From Pelomyxa schiedti (lineage: Eukaryota; Protista; Evosea), in assembly GCA_020536535.1 (NCBI GenBank), contig JAHLWZ010000386.1, positions 62,001 through 126,000 of the forward strand: a DNA stretch of 64,000 bases, given 5' to 3'. Made by a program: the position numbers and the translations under genes. Below, in pieces: positions 40,648 to 53,354 of the stretch. The notes beneath the pieces are model-generated. The model ran no database searches. It had not been told where the DNA came from and was given only the letters and a program-made list of their open reading frames with translations. The number at the start of each line of letters is the position of its first letter. Position 1 is the stretch's first letter.

Positions 40648-43538
40648 TCACATGTTTGTGTACTTGTTGTGGTGCATAGTGATATTCGACGACGTGACTG
40701 ATGTTCTGGTTTTATCTTGTGTTGGCGGTGGTATTGGTTTTACAGGTTCCTGGATTAGAGGTGGGGGACTGTCTCTGGAAGACCTCTCAATCTTCTCTGA
40801 GATGGTGTTTGGTTGTATGACGTTCAGTGAAGGCTGTTGCGTATCATCTGACCCTCTTCGGAACCACCGGAATCGGGCTTGCGGAGCCGGATCAGTGGGT
40901 TTGAGCTCACTTGGGAGGGGCGACTCAACATGTTGTTGGTGACAGTGCGGCAGCTTAGGGGCAAGTTTTGGTTCTGGATCGGGCCTACTCGTGATGACAT
41001 CCATACTGATACCCAGTTCTTCATCTTTCTGGGAATTTACAGTCAAACGAGAGATAGTTTCAGAGCATTTCATAGATTTTTCTTTGAGCACACGTTCTAT
41101 AGGGAATGAGAAGTGAAGAAAAATCTTTGAAGTTCTAACCTTCAGCAATAATATGTTCTCCTTCTTCGATTTGAGTTTCGTCGTAGTCATCATATACATA
41201 GCGCGTAAACCTTCTGCAAGGGAGGAGCCTGATAATTCTGGGGATAATATCGAAGGCAGACACCAAACACATTGGCACCAAGAGCCATGGGATGTTATTA
41301 AGAAACTTGTCACCACCAAAAAAAGGTACGTCACTCATGTAGCTCATCACCTGAAAACAAAAAAAAAAAGCATTAAGCATTGATTGGGCCTCATAAAAGC
41401 ATAAGAACCTCTTCAAATGCGGTTCCATGAAACTTAATGACATACAGAAAGTTGAAAGCAAGAGGAGGACCAAGCCTACACAAATACCTGACATAAACAT
41501 TAGATTTACTACAAAGTTACTGGAGAATTTCAACTCACGCCGCACTGAACATGATACTATTTGGACTTGAAAGTTGATTTGGTATCAACCGGAAATAATT
41601 GAAAAATCGAAGAGAAAAGAACGCTGAGTAAGTAGCAATAACAAGGAACAAGAGAGGCCCAATTAGAATAGCCTACAGCATAATATGAAAAAAAAATTGG
41701 AATTGGAGAAAGCAGTTACAATAAGTAAAACGCTACTCTGTTTCACAACGGCAGGATGAATCAAAATGGCAAACACACTGAGAGTAGGGTCATCCCATCG
41801 AAAAGTCACTTCACTGAAAACAACAACAAGTGATAGCAAAGCTAGAAGAAGTCCGACAAATTGCATTGTTCGCGGTTTGATATAACAGCACCATAGGTAT
41901 TCTAAGGTGCATAATCATTAACTATTAACTAGATTCTCCGTGGCGTACCTATGAAAGAAAACCCACGAGGACACTTTTTGTGGAAGGTCCATCTCACTTC
42001 ACTGATAGATTGGAATTAAAATGCTTGAAATGTGAAGAGTGAAGAGGTACTGTTCTGGTCTCCCTTTACTGTTGACAACATCCTCTAAGTAAAACGCGGT
42101 ATCAAGTAATTTGGTGAATAATCTGAAAGATGTTAAGTAACACAGTGCCAATAGGAAGATATGGGAAGTCACGTCTGAGACTGGTTTGATAAATGCTCAG
42201 TTTCTTTCAAGTTATAGTGCAGCTTTATTACAGATGAATAGGAAATGGCACTGTCACCATCTGCAAGAGGTCTGACTTCATGGTATTCAGCAGGACACTG
42301 TGTGGTTTGGTTGTTTGATTTTTATTCTTATTATTATTTCGGGTGGCTGACCTTTTTTACGATTATGTTGATGTAATCCCTCATTGGGTCGAGTTCTTCA
42401 AGGGTTTCATCATATTTTTTTATTTGCTGAAGTTTGTTAAGTTGACCGCAGTACATCACACTTACTTGTAAAGTTTTGAGGTGTTGTTCTCTATATGTAA
42501 TTGCGTCACGGTGAAGATTAACTGCATGGAATTGACAATATCTGAGTCTCGTCTGTAATCTGCCTCTACAAACTGTGAGTTGAACAAAAAAAAAAAGTTG
42601 CAGTAACATGTGCATGTGTTTGTTGCGATACACCACCACACACCCACTTGCGCCAAAACTTGCGTGGAAGTAGTACTAGGCCGTAACTGAGGAGAACCAG
42701 GTAAAGAATAAGACCATATGCATTGCTGCATGACATGGCAACACCAAACCAATTTCTATCAAAATGATTAGCAGAAAATGGGAAATACTCTTGGAAACCC
42801 GTCTGAGCTCAAAACAAGGAAAATCACTAAGAATAGTCCTAACACAGCGCCACCAATGATATAGAAAATAATGTTGTCCTTGATTGCAGTCCAAAACTTT
42901 CCCGGAATCGAGAAATCTCCAGCAGTACTATAGGACTGCATGACGGGATATACAAACCTGCAAGTTGAAGTGAGTGTGGAGAAGCCCTAAGGAAAGGTAA
43001 CCAGCAAAGTAGAAATGTAGCCCAGTATAGGATGTTCCAACATATGACTAATATATGTTTCTCGATATAAAGAAGATCGAAGCAGGGAAAGTCTTTGCTC
43101 TCCGAGCTGTTATCAATCAAGCTGGTACTAGCTGAGGTTTGGCCAGTGTAACTGATGCTGTTGAAAGAAAGACTGACACTGCTGGTGGAAAGAAGTTGGG
43201 TGCTTTGATCTTGTACTTTCGTGGCTCCTTGAAGGGAGTTATTTTGTGCAGCCAAACATTGCTCATACGCTGTCTAGTAAAAATTTAAAAAACCATCTGT
43301 TACCATGGTACTTACACTAGAAATATCTATTGGCAGCATAACGGCAATGCTCATGGCGAGAAACCACCCAAGAAAGGTTAGAACCGATGCGTACCACGGT
43401 GTCTTTCGCCAAGAAATATACCTGTGCAAGTGTTACAGCCGCCTACATGTGCATTCGGTCATACCTTCTCAGCAAGAAAAACACGAATAAACCAACGGCA
43501 CCAAGCTCAAAAAAGACTATCCACCACAAGGACATCAT
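40648..43538 (-). CDS. LMBRD2: LMBR1-domain membrane protein (LMBRD2-like)
   Basis: LLRR|YISWRKTPWYASVLTFLGWFLAMSIAVMLPIDIS, WNILYWATFLLCW|FVYPVMQSYSTAGDFS, LLALLSLVVVFSEVT, YVPFFGGDKFLNNIPWLLV, DETQIEEGEHII. Confidence 0.85.
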
Positions 43539-43843
43539 CTCGCCACCTCCCAACTACAAACGCAAGATCCGGATCTTAGAGTGCCTCGTCGACACTGATG
43601 TGTTATTTTTTTTGTGGTTGTTTGCTTTGGTCCGCTTTTTTTTCCTGCAGCTGAGTTCCAAAAAAGTTCAAGAATTATACGGCAAATCACGTGTTCGTTC
43701 GAGATGTCTTCCTGCATCTCGAACCAAAAAGGACAAGGGGGAAAAATTCATGGAACGCGGAGTTGTGTTCTGCGTGAGTTTATGGAACGGGAGCCCCGGA
43801 ACGTAAAACCAGAGACCAAGGCACAAAAGGGATGATGAGGCTT

Positions 43844-46800
43844 CTAGTCAGAAGTGGGGTGAGGCCATTTGATACAGAGTATCTGGTATTGCGGTTGGGC
43901 ATTCACCCGTTCCTTGTGCCTTGTTTGTGGAGTGTGGGTTAGGGGGGGCATGCAGTCATGCTTTATCTTTATGTTTCTGTGTGGGTGTGAAGGTAGGTAA
44001 CACACATGTTGAAGTTGAATAGGTGACGCATGGTGGGGCGGCCGTGAGGACAATTCCAGGGTTTTTCGAGCTCCGCGAGTCCTTGGATTAACTGGGTATG
44101 GAAAGAAACACCTGGTTAGTGTTTTGTGAGGGAAAGGGTTGTGCATGTACCTTGACCATTTGGATGTGTGATAGTGCGTCGCCAATCATGATTGACTTGC
44201 GGCAGGCGCGTGAGGCGAACATTCTAACAATGCCGCTAAGTCGTAACCCCTTGACTACAGCGGGAGTTCCACCACTGGCACGGAGAAGAGCCACCAGTTC
44301 GTATGCGTCTTAATCGCAAATGAATTTTCCTTGTCTGGGAAGGTTATACCTTGAGCGCCAAAAGTAGTGGATCTCGAATATGGCTGACTCTTAATTTGTA
44401 CTCTTCTTCCTGGTACTTCTTCTGTAGCTTTGTCAACATTCTAAATGGCAATGAAATATCCAACCAGGATTTATGAGCAAATTAAAGCCATTCTTCTTGA
44501 ACACTTCCGGGTACTCCATAACTAGTATTTCATCTTCACAAGACAATTGAAGGGGAAGAGGTCTGTGAAGGTTACACACCAAAAAGTTTTGCCGGGAATT
44601 CCTTACATTATCAGCCCCTGTGTCTTAATTTCTGTACTTTTTTGAAGCATTTCGAAATTCCAAATTTCATGTGAAGCGTGTTGGTCCACAATAAAAATGT
44701 CATCCTCTAGTCGACATATCTTGTTTCTCTGATGAATGTAATTGCTGGAAAACTTTAATTATACCACAAAGCCCTTATTGAATTGCCCAATTATCTCCAT
44801 TTTCGTGAAGCTATCTTTGGTAAACACTCTCTGAAGCTCATCCTCACACGCCGAGTTGCTGTCAGCACCAAATCGCCGACTAAACTTGAGGGAGCTTCCT
44901 TTTGCTGAGTCACTTAGCAGATCACCTTTGGAACCCGGAGTCTTGGGATCACCACATGAGGCAGTTGTCGAGCATGGCTTTTCGCCGAGGGGGATTTCTT
45001 GTACACAAAGTTCCATCATATCAATGTCTAATTGGACGGCAACACGACGTGGCTCTTCAGGTGCCCACTGTAATGTACCAACTTCAGAATCGCTCAGTAC
45101 AACACAGTCATTTTCATCAATGGAAGCAGTAGACTGTGTACATTGCACACTCAAAGTGGAATGAACACGTCTCCTTTTAGGATTGGGAGCTTTGGCACTG
45201 GGTTGCTTTGGAGTCAATCCGCCAGCATCGCTGTCATTATTACTGGACTCATCAGACGATCCAAAGCCGGGTGCAACAGAGCAAAGGGGAGAAGAAGGAG
45301 GGGAGGAATCTGGGGATGTACATGGTGACAAAACTGACTTAATTAAGTGTTCTATCTGTTTTCGCCATGAGACTAGAAGAGGCAGAAAGGGTCATACCAT
45401 ATGTGAAGGAGAAAGGGGGTCATCTGGTGACAAAGTGGTACAAGCAGTTCCGTGAAGTGCTGTCGCAGGTGAAGATGACCGGGACGGTGGTTTCGTTATT
45501 GGAGAGGAGGGCCTAGATGGTAATTTGATTGCAAGAGGCGATTCAGAGCTGTCTTTTGTCTTTGGAAGGATTTGGGAACAAGCGGTTGAAGAGGACTGTT
45601 CCCCAATGAGTGTGGGAGTAGGTGTGACTACTGGTAATGCATAGGTTGTAGCTGCTTCAAGTTGGAAATCAAGTTTATTTGGGCTCCATATTCCCGATTG
45701 AAGAGATTCCTGTATGACATTGCTTAGGTGAACATATCTGGACTTTATTTAAGTTACCATTAGTTTGGTAGTAATTTCATCCTCAAAATGCAACATAACA
45801 GTGCGCTTATCAGGGGTAACATTTATATCAGAAGTACCTTACAAGAAATTTTAGAGAGTAATCTGTGTGGAAGACGGATACCTTCAGGAACTACAAAGCT
45901 GAGCACAAATGCTGGAAATCGATTTTTACATGTAGTATGGAATAACTGATTTATCGCCTTGTTCAGATGTGGAAGGTCAACGGGGCGTTTATTGATGAAT
46001 ATATATCTGATGGGCTATGAGATGGTCTCCACAACTTTCCCTCATTCTGAGAAGTAAATATACAATACTGTTTATCAGCGGAGGTACGACTTGCGGTGTT
46101 CATTGCTTTACTCATCAGGCCAGTCAGTCTAGCACAATGTAAGTGGGGATTTATACAGCAGAAGAGCGACTTGAAATGTTCTGTCTCTAGGGTAATGTCA
46201 ACCAGACTGCGTGTGAAATCAACACCAAACAGACTGATTAAATTCTCCCTGATCGTGGGATTACCTTCAGTGTGAAATAGATCCCCTTTATGCCTGAAAA
46301 AATAAAACTAAAAAACGGGAATCAAATAGTACAAGCCTGCCTATCGCCCATATGTGTTAGACGCAATCTCACCCCTGTGGAGATAATTGCATATGCGTAC
46401 ATGACTTCCAGGACTTTAATTAATTCCTTTCTCTTCATTTTCGGGTGAGATTCCATCTCCTTGTCATCAGGTGAGTGGGGAAGTAGCAAAATAGAAATTG
46501 GTGAACCTTGACACGAACTGGAATGCCAGCAAAAATATTGGAGACGACAACAGTTGTCCCCACCTAAACATGCAATTTAGTGATTTGGCTTCGTGGTTGG
46601 AGGGAGTACCATTCTTGCTGCAGGTTGTTGGCTTGTGAGAGCTCCCATATTGTCAAACCGAAGTAAGGTGGCTACTTCACACTCGGCTGTTCGTGTTGTA
46701 ATGGTGAGAGTACCAAGAGATGCCAGTGCCGATAAAGCTTCCCCTCGGAACCCAAATGATTGCACCTAATATGTCATTGAGAAACCCCACTTAGTGAAAA

Positions 46801-47173
46801 AACAAGGGGTGTACTCTGGGCAGGTCATCAAAGGAGTTTATCTTCGAAGTGTAATGAGCCAATGCTAGGGTGTTGACAGTAAGGTCAGAGAATCGCACAC
46901 TAAGAAAGCATACCAACAGTTTCAAAGTTGCTTGGGCTTAGTCCACTTCCATTATCTGAAACCTCTATCGACTTCAACCCACAATCACGCAGTGTCACTT
47001 CTGCATGAAAACATCAGCGAGAAATGGCGGCGCATCAGTGTTTTGTTACCGACACATGTAGCTCCAGCGTCCAGACTATTCTCCACCAACTCCTTCACTG
47101 CCGACGAAATCGACACCACAACCTGTTCACTGCATATACGGTGCACAGACCGGAGCTCTATGGGGTGTATCAT
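43844..47173 (-). CDS. PMS2: MutL-family mismatch repair endonuclease PMS2 (yeast Pms1)
   Basis: [123 protein letters not shown]. The 3' end is uncertain. Confidence 0.95.
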
Positions 47174-47204
47174 CAACCAAGATCTGGGATTTTGGATAAA
47201 ACAA

Positions 47205-48207
47205 ATGAATCAGGACATTTCGAACACCAAACAAAGTCGTGTCGAAGAAGGAGCAGGGGAGTGGTGTCAACGGACGGCGGACCGAGTTGGTTTCGTGGAG
47301 ACTGAACTCGCAGTCGGCGAGCAAAATGGCGGCCCACAAGTGCGAATCCGGCTGATGGTCCGTGAGTCACTGCCTCCCCCAACGGAGGGGGATACTGAGG
47401 CAACGAGCACAGCCGATCTAGCACAGGACACCACCGGCCTGGACTTATGGGGCGCCGCCACGCGTATCCTCTGCGATTACTTGTGGGATGCGTCGCCATC
47501 ACAGTCACAATCGCAATCTCCCCTTGAGGTTCATGTGGCTGGCCTCAGGGTACTGGAGATCGGTTGCGGCCTCGGCGCCTGCGGCATCGTCGCGTCGCTT
47601 AAAGGCGCGTCGGCCGTACGGCTCACGGACGGCGAGGCCGTTGCCGTGTCCGCCGCGGCGCGAAACGTCGCGATTAACGGAATCCGCCCGGAGCTGGCGT
47701 CTTGTGGCATTTTGCGGTGGTGCAGGGACCAGGATTGTGACGCGGAGGAAGGCAATTTAACAGCACCGCCACGCGAACTGTATGATGTAGTTATGGGATC
47801 AGACCTGGCGTATGCCTTCCTACTTGTCCTGCTATGTTGGATTTCTTTTTATTTCTGGCCATAGTTATGTGAGTGGCGAGTGAATCATTTACCGTTGATA
47901 CGAGTGTACAAGTAAGGCATGAATTAATGGTTATGAATGTAGGTTTGCTACATGTATGGTGGAGCCTTTGATTGACACCGCAATGAGGCACCTGGCTCCG
48001 GGTGGAGTTTTCTTGCTAAGCCATGAAGTACGCAAATCCGTTTCACTTGTGCGCACTGGTTCTGGGGAAACCCAGGTTGTAGTTGATCCCACAGACACTG
48101 TTCTGGACTACTTGCTTGATTACTGCGCAAAGAAAGGGCTGCACACGTCCACGGTGAGGCAATCCAACACTCCACCCGCGTTACTGCTCTACATCACGAG
48201 GCAATAA
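47205..48207 (+). CDS. SAM-dependent protein methyltransferase, METTL21/family-16 type
   Basis: [55 protein letters not shown] (DxxY). Confidence 0.9.
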
Positions 48208-48267
48208 AAATCAACTTTTTTTTTTTTTGTTCGTTGATTTCACGGAAGCACGAGTTATTTTGGTGCG

Positions 48268-48839
48268 ATGACGTCGGCGCAACCACCTGGCAAGCCCAAC
48301 GTCCCAGCGCTCCCCCTGACCGCTGGCACGCCCCACCCGTGGGACGAGGAGGAGGAAGCTGCAGCCGCGGACGCTGCCAGGAAGGCCACCGTCGCGGCAG
48401 CCCGTCGCCACGGCGCCGCCGCCGCGGACGACGACGACGACTTTGACGGGCCCAGCCCACCCCAGGCCAAGAACGGCGGCGTCGGCACCGCAGCCACCGG
48501 CGCCGCGTTCCGCGAGGACGACGAGGACGAGGACGCAGACGAGGGCGAGCAGCCAGGGCACAAGGACGGGGGCAAGGGACCCCTGACGACCAAGACTACG
48601 GCGACGACGCTCGAGGTGTCGGCTGCCGGATCTGAAAGCAGTAGCAGCACCACCACCAACAACAATAATAATCAGCAACAGCAAACGCAACAGCAAACCA
48701 AGCCGAAATTACTGCAAAGTAAGGTGGCGATTGCACCCCCTCTGCAGGCCATCATGAGGCCGGTTGTGAAGCTGAAAAGGCTTAACATGGACAAGATATC
48801 CAAGCTATCAAAACAACGGCACGTGTCAATTGTCTTTTT

Positions 48840-48880
<41 letters not shown>

Positions 48881-51606
48881 GAACTACAATATTTACTAGA
48901 TTTTATTTGAAAACCCAACAGTTTTTCGTGCTGAGGTTGTTTTTCTAACTTTTTTCTCCTAGGCCTCGTAATGTGCCGTCCACAGCAAGGTCACATCTGG
49001 AGTACATGAAAGTGCGGGGTTTTTCCTTTCTCCCTGTTCCCCACCTTCCCTTAGATTTGTGTAGGACAATATATATGAAACTACAACTCCTGCCCAAATA
49101 GAAAATTTGCGTTTGGAAGCTACTGATCCTTTTATACGAAATCGCCCCAAGGGTAATACAAACAGACGAGTAAGCATTTTTTCCCCCTCATCTTCTTCAA
49201 AAAAGATCACCTGTGATAGATTTTTGTCCTATCCTTCGTTGTGGTAACCCTAGCCTCCCTGGCAATGGTCTTCATATGCCTTGGTTTTGATGCGGCCTCC
49301 GTTTCATGGGAACCTCCAAGAGGCGATGGCACTGTTGAAGAGCCGGATTTCAAACACTACACTGTATATGCTATGATTTATGCCATGCTCAATCCCACTC
49401 CTGACCAATGTACTGGCCTTTTTTTTCTGAAATCTGCTAATATTCTACAGCCAGATCCGTACTTCAGTCAGTTATCAATATGATGGCTTTTATATTTGGT
49501 CTCCTAGTAACAATCATTGGTATCACCCTACAATTCGCTGCAGATCGTACAACGAAACACGTGCAAGCCTTGGTATCTTGTTCCTTCTACTCACAATGAC
49601 TCATATTAGTATGAAGTTTTTTCAAGATAAATTTATCTTGTCCGTACTGGGCTTTTCGCTGCTTGGGAATGCTTTCGTTACCTGGGTGTATTTGGAACTG
49701 GGAGACCTACATTCTCCAAGAATAGCTGTTGGTTGAGCCGTTTATTTTGACAACACACTAATTTAATTTTGCAGTTTTATCTGTAATTATTTCCAATGTA
49801 CAATTTGTATTGTTGTTTCCATTCTTGTCATACCTCTTCGTGTTCTTGGAGCCAGAGAAAGTTGCCAATAACTTGATGGAATCTGGTTTGAATGCTGCCA
49901 TTCAAAGTATAAATGCATCTGGCCTCAATGACAAACAGATCATTTTCAACCAAGTATACAGTTTACTCAAAAACACCATCATGACAGTGGCTATAAGGTG
50001 CAGACAACTTTGTCTATAGAGTACCTTATGGATGCCGCTATTTCGAGTATCAAAAAACGGCAAAGGAATGTCTCCGCAGAAATTGTTGATGCACTCTGTT
50101 CGTTTTGCATGCACTACCTTTTTTATATCAAAGACAATGTCAGGTTCCTTACAACAATACTCCTCCCTAACATCTCTAAGGCTCCTCCGAATTGGTTTTT
50201 TATTCCAACATCAATGCAACAAAGCCCAGATTTCCTTATTCTGTGTGCGCCAAGTATCTTTCGCTTTATTCTTAATCGCCAAATAGGAGCTCAATCAGCA
50301 TTCAGGAACTAACAGACCGAAAGCTGTGGGTAGAATGGAAAGTTTTACGTCAATATCAAACCCTATTCAATGAGGTATGACACATATCAGATCAATTTTA
50401 ATTTGGTAATGTTGCCCCTCCCCTTCAAATGAACAGGCCCTAAGGTTGTTCACTGAAACGTGTTACCATGTTTCTATCAACACAAGAATAATCGGAGAAA
50501 CTGCTGCCATCAAAGCACAAACACGAGTTGTGGACCTCGTCATCAAATTTTTCAACACGTATTTGAGAGCTGGGATCAATGCAACTTCCACAAATCCAAA
50601 TGCTGTCAAGGTAGTTTATAATTGCATGTTTCAGTACCGCCACTTCGCGGAATCTCTTTTGGATAAATCCGTTGGTATTAACCCCTTTCTTTCAAAGAAG
50701 AAAAATTGGTATTAACTTCCCCCAAGTAACTGAAGAAATTGCCCGACGAGCCATCAGGATAGCAAAATATCAGAGATACTACGCGCATTTTTGCCACACC
50801 AAGGGGCTGGGTTTTCTTGTGGAAACAGTTTCACATGACTTGAGGTTATTGTGTGAGTTTGCCTTCAGGGAAATCAAAGCTGTATGTTTTTAAGTACGCG
50901 CCATGTTCTTATGGTATTCATGTAGTTGCATCCCACTGATCCCCCTCTGGCATTCTTAGCTGCAACACATGAAAAACTATTGGGGGTCTGTAACCTTTTA
51001 CAGTAACATACACTAACGCAGTCTCCAGGTTTTCTTGAGCATATCCGATTTCAATTTTGATAAAATGGAGCAAAAGCGAGGCATTTTGCAGTCACAAATC
51101 ATTCTTGCAACGTTTTATCTTGCCGAAGGCAATTATGGAGCAGCAAGAAGGATTTTAGTTTCGGCTGATAGGTAAAATTTTCACGACAAATGTACATGCC
51201 CAATGACACGATAAAAAAAAAAAGGCAAGAGAACAAGATAAACTTACTGTCTCTGAAGGAAGAGCTCATGGGACCCACAACAAAAGAGTTCTGGGAAGTA
51301 AGTGAACGAGCAACCAACTTCAACTATTTGGAGCCAGCCAGGAAAGACCAGCTAGAGACATTGTACGAAATGTTTTCATTCGACCCCACAACAAGTGATG
51401 TTACAGACTACATGCACTCTCCAGGTTTAGAATTTCCCTTATGTTATTCTCAAACCCACTCTGATTCCATTGCCTTAGAGGGAAAGAAGCTGAAAGTACT
51501 GCAAGAGGTTACCAAATTTGATGACGAGATTGTTGAAACAAAGGCGGATTCCGATGAGGAGGTTCCTGATGAGGAAGAGTATGAATTGGCCGCTGGCAAC
51601 CTGTGA
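48268..51606 (+). CDS. DUF2254-like predicted membrane protein with a long helical C-terminal domain
   Basis: SRSVLQSVINMMAFIFGLLVTIIGITLQFAADRTTKHVQAL..FFQDKFILSVLGFSLL, LLFPFLSYLFVFLEPEKV, KFFNTYLRAGIN, LKEELMGPTTKEFWEVSERATNFNYL. The family call is from remembered motifs. Confidence 0.6.
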
Positions 51607-51703
51607 ATACAAACAAAACAGACTTAGAGCCAGTCTAACAAATTTTCCATCTTTCAATCACTTGTTCGAAACAATTGTTGTGGCAGTGGGCCGAAGGCAA
51701 TGT

Positions 51704-53163
51704 TCAACGTTTGTGTTGGCGTTTGAGCATGCGTCTTCGTGCATTCACAAACCTTGAGGAGCGTGAGGAAAAGGTGTCTGTCAGTGGCAACTAAACCAAT
51801 TGTCAACTTGTGCCCTTGATATGCGGTACCGCACTGCGATCTATTTTACGTTAGAGCGAGTGGTGATTGTGGCTATACATTGTTCCTGGTGTCTTCGTCT
51901 GGATACCTGTACTTTGTGAATGCGGAATTCTATAGCGAATGGAGCACACGGTTGCCCTGTGTGACCTGATATCCAAGCCTTCATCTCTTCTACTGCAGCT
52001 TTCGGTAGTCTTTTTCGTAGTTGCTTACCTTGGGAACACAAACAGTTAAATAAATATCGCCATTGATTAACTGCGATTTACGCATACCTGGTATGGCTGC
52101 TGAACTGTCCTGACCCATTAACGCGCTTGCAGAAGATGAATTCTCTGTGAATGCAGGAGTCACTTGAGCATCTGGAGAACTTGATGGAGGAGTTCCACCA
52201 CCTGACTGGGGGGATGTTGCAGTTGTTGATAAATGCAACAAAGATGCGCAATTTGAATGCACAGTATTACACTGTGATAACTGTGCATTGATCATATTCC
52301 CCAACCTAAATGTGGTTACGAGAGCTGCCAATAGGAAAGAGTACATCAAACACTGGTTGCCTGATTCTTGGATAATATGCATCCATTCTGAGTACAATAA
52401 CTTTATCAAGTTGGAATCCTGTAGAATACAATTTGTCAGGCAAAAACCAATGATTTATGTGGGTAATGGACCTGTCTAATTCTTTCAATAACTTTTGGCA
52501 CAACAGAAGACCTCATGTGTTCTGGAACTTGCTCAAACTAACACGTGGTGAGTGTTGCCAGACAAGATTACATTCTACCTTGAGACCATCACCAATTAAG
52601 GATGTCACTTCATTGAAGTTGACCGGAACTAGTGGAACGTATGAATCTCCATTTGTAATTTCCATCAACTTGTGAAAATCGTCAAGTAAGACGTTTATTG
52701 CTTCGCTGGCTGCCTGCACCGTCTCTGGCGAGACTTCTGTTACCCATTGGCATTGACTTGATTCGAGAGTCTCAATTTCCTTTTGTATCACGGCTTGCTC
52801 CTTAGGCAATGTCTCGCCTGTGATAGGAATATTCTGCTGTGACAGGCAATTGGAAGGGAGCGATGCGAGATTCGAAGTATCAGTCGGCACAGGCGCATTT
52901 GCCATAGCAGCCTCTTGATTGGTTGTAGAAGTCGTAATATTAGTCATAGTCATCGTCGTACTGTAGGTATTTCCATCTCCACTAGCCTCACCGGACGAGA
53001 ACGTCATCTGCGTCATCTGACCGACACCAGCGTTCAGCCCAACAACTTGTTCTCCGCCAGTGAAACACGTCTCTGTTGGATCTTGCTGTGCATATATTAT
53101 ATCTTGCTGGCAACAACAGTCAAGATTTCCACCGTATTGCGTCTGTACGAGATCTTGCTGCAT
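51704..53163 (-). CDS. TALE-class homeobox transcription factor
   Basis: Spliced C-terminus LRKRLPKAAVEEMKAWISGHTGQP|YPDEDTRNN|IAVRYRISRAQVDNW|FVNARRRMLKR contains the PYP TALE loop and WFxNxRRR. Confidence 0.88.
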
Positions 53164-53354
53164 GCGATTAAATTTTACAAAATGGTTTCTTGCAGAACAG
53201 GAAAAACCCCACCTGTCTCTGACTAGTTCCCTGCTCAAAAAATAAAAAGAGAAAATTGCCGCCCGCACTTGCAACTTAATTAATTGAGAGACTGAGAATC
53301 TCTGGGTAGAGAGATTTTTCTTTTCCCTTTTTAATAGTTTCGCTCGGGGCACGT

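Noticed and set aside
52513-52515. In-frame TGA between two homeobox-gene ORFs (possible readthrough or selenocysteine)
   Set aside because: A 33-nt in-frame GT..AG intron (GTGTTAG...ATGAG) removes it.
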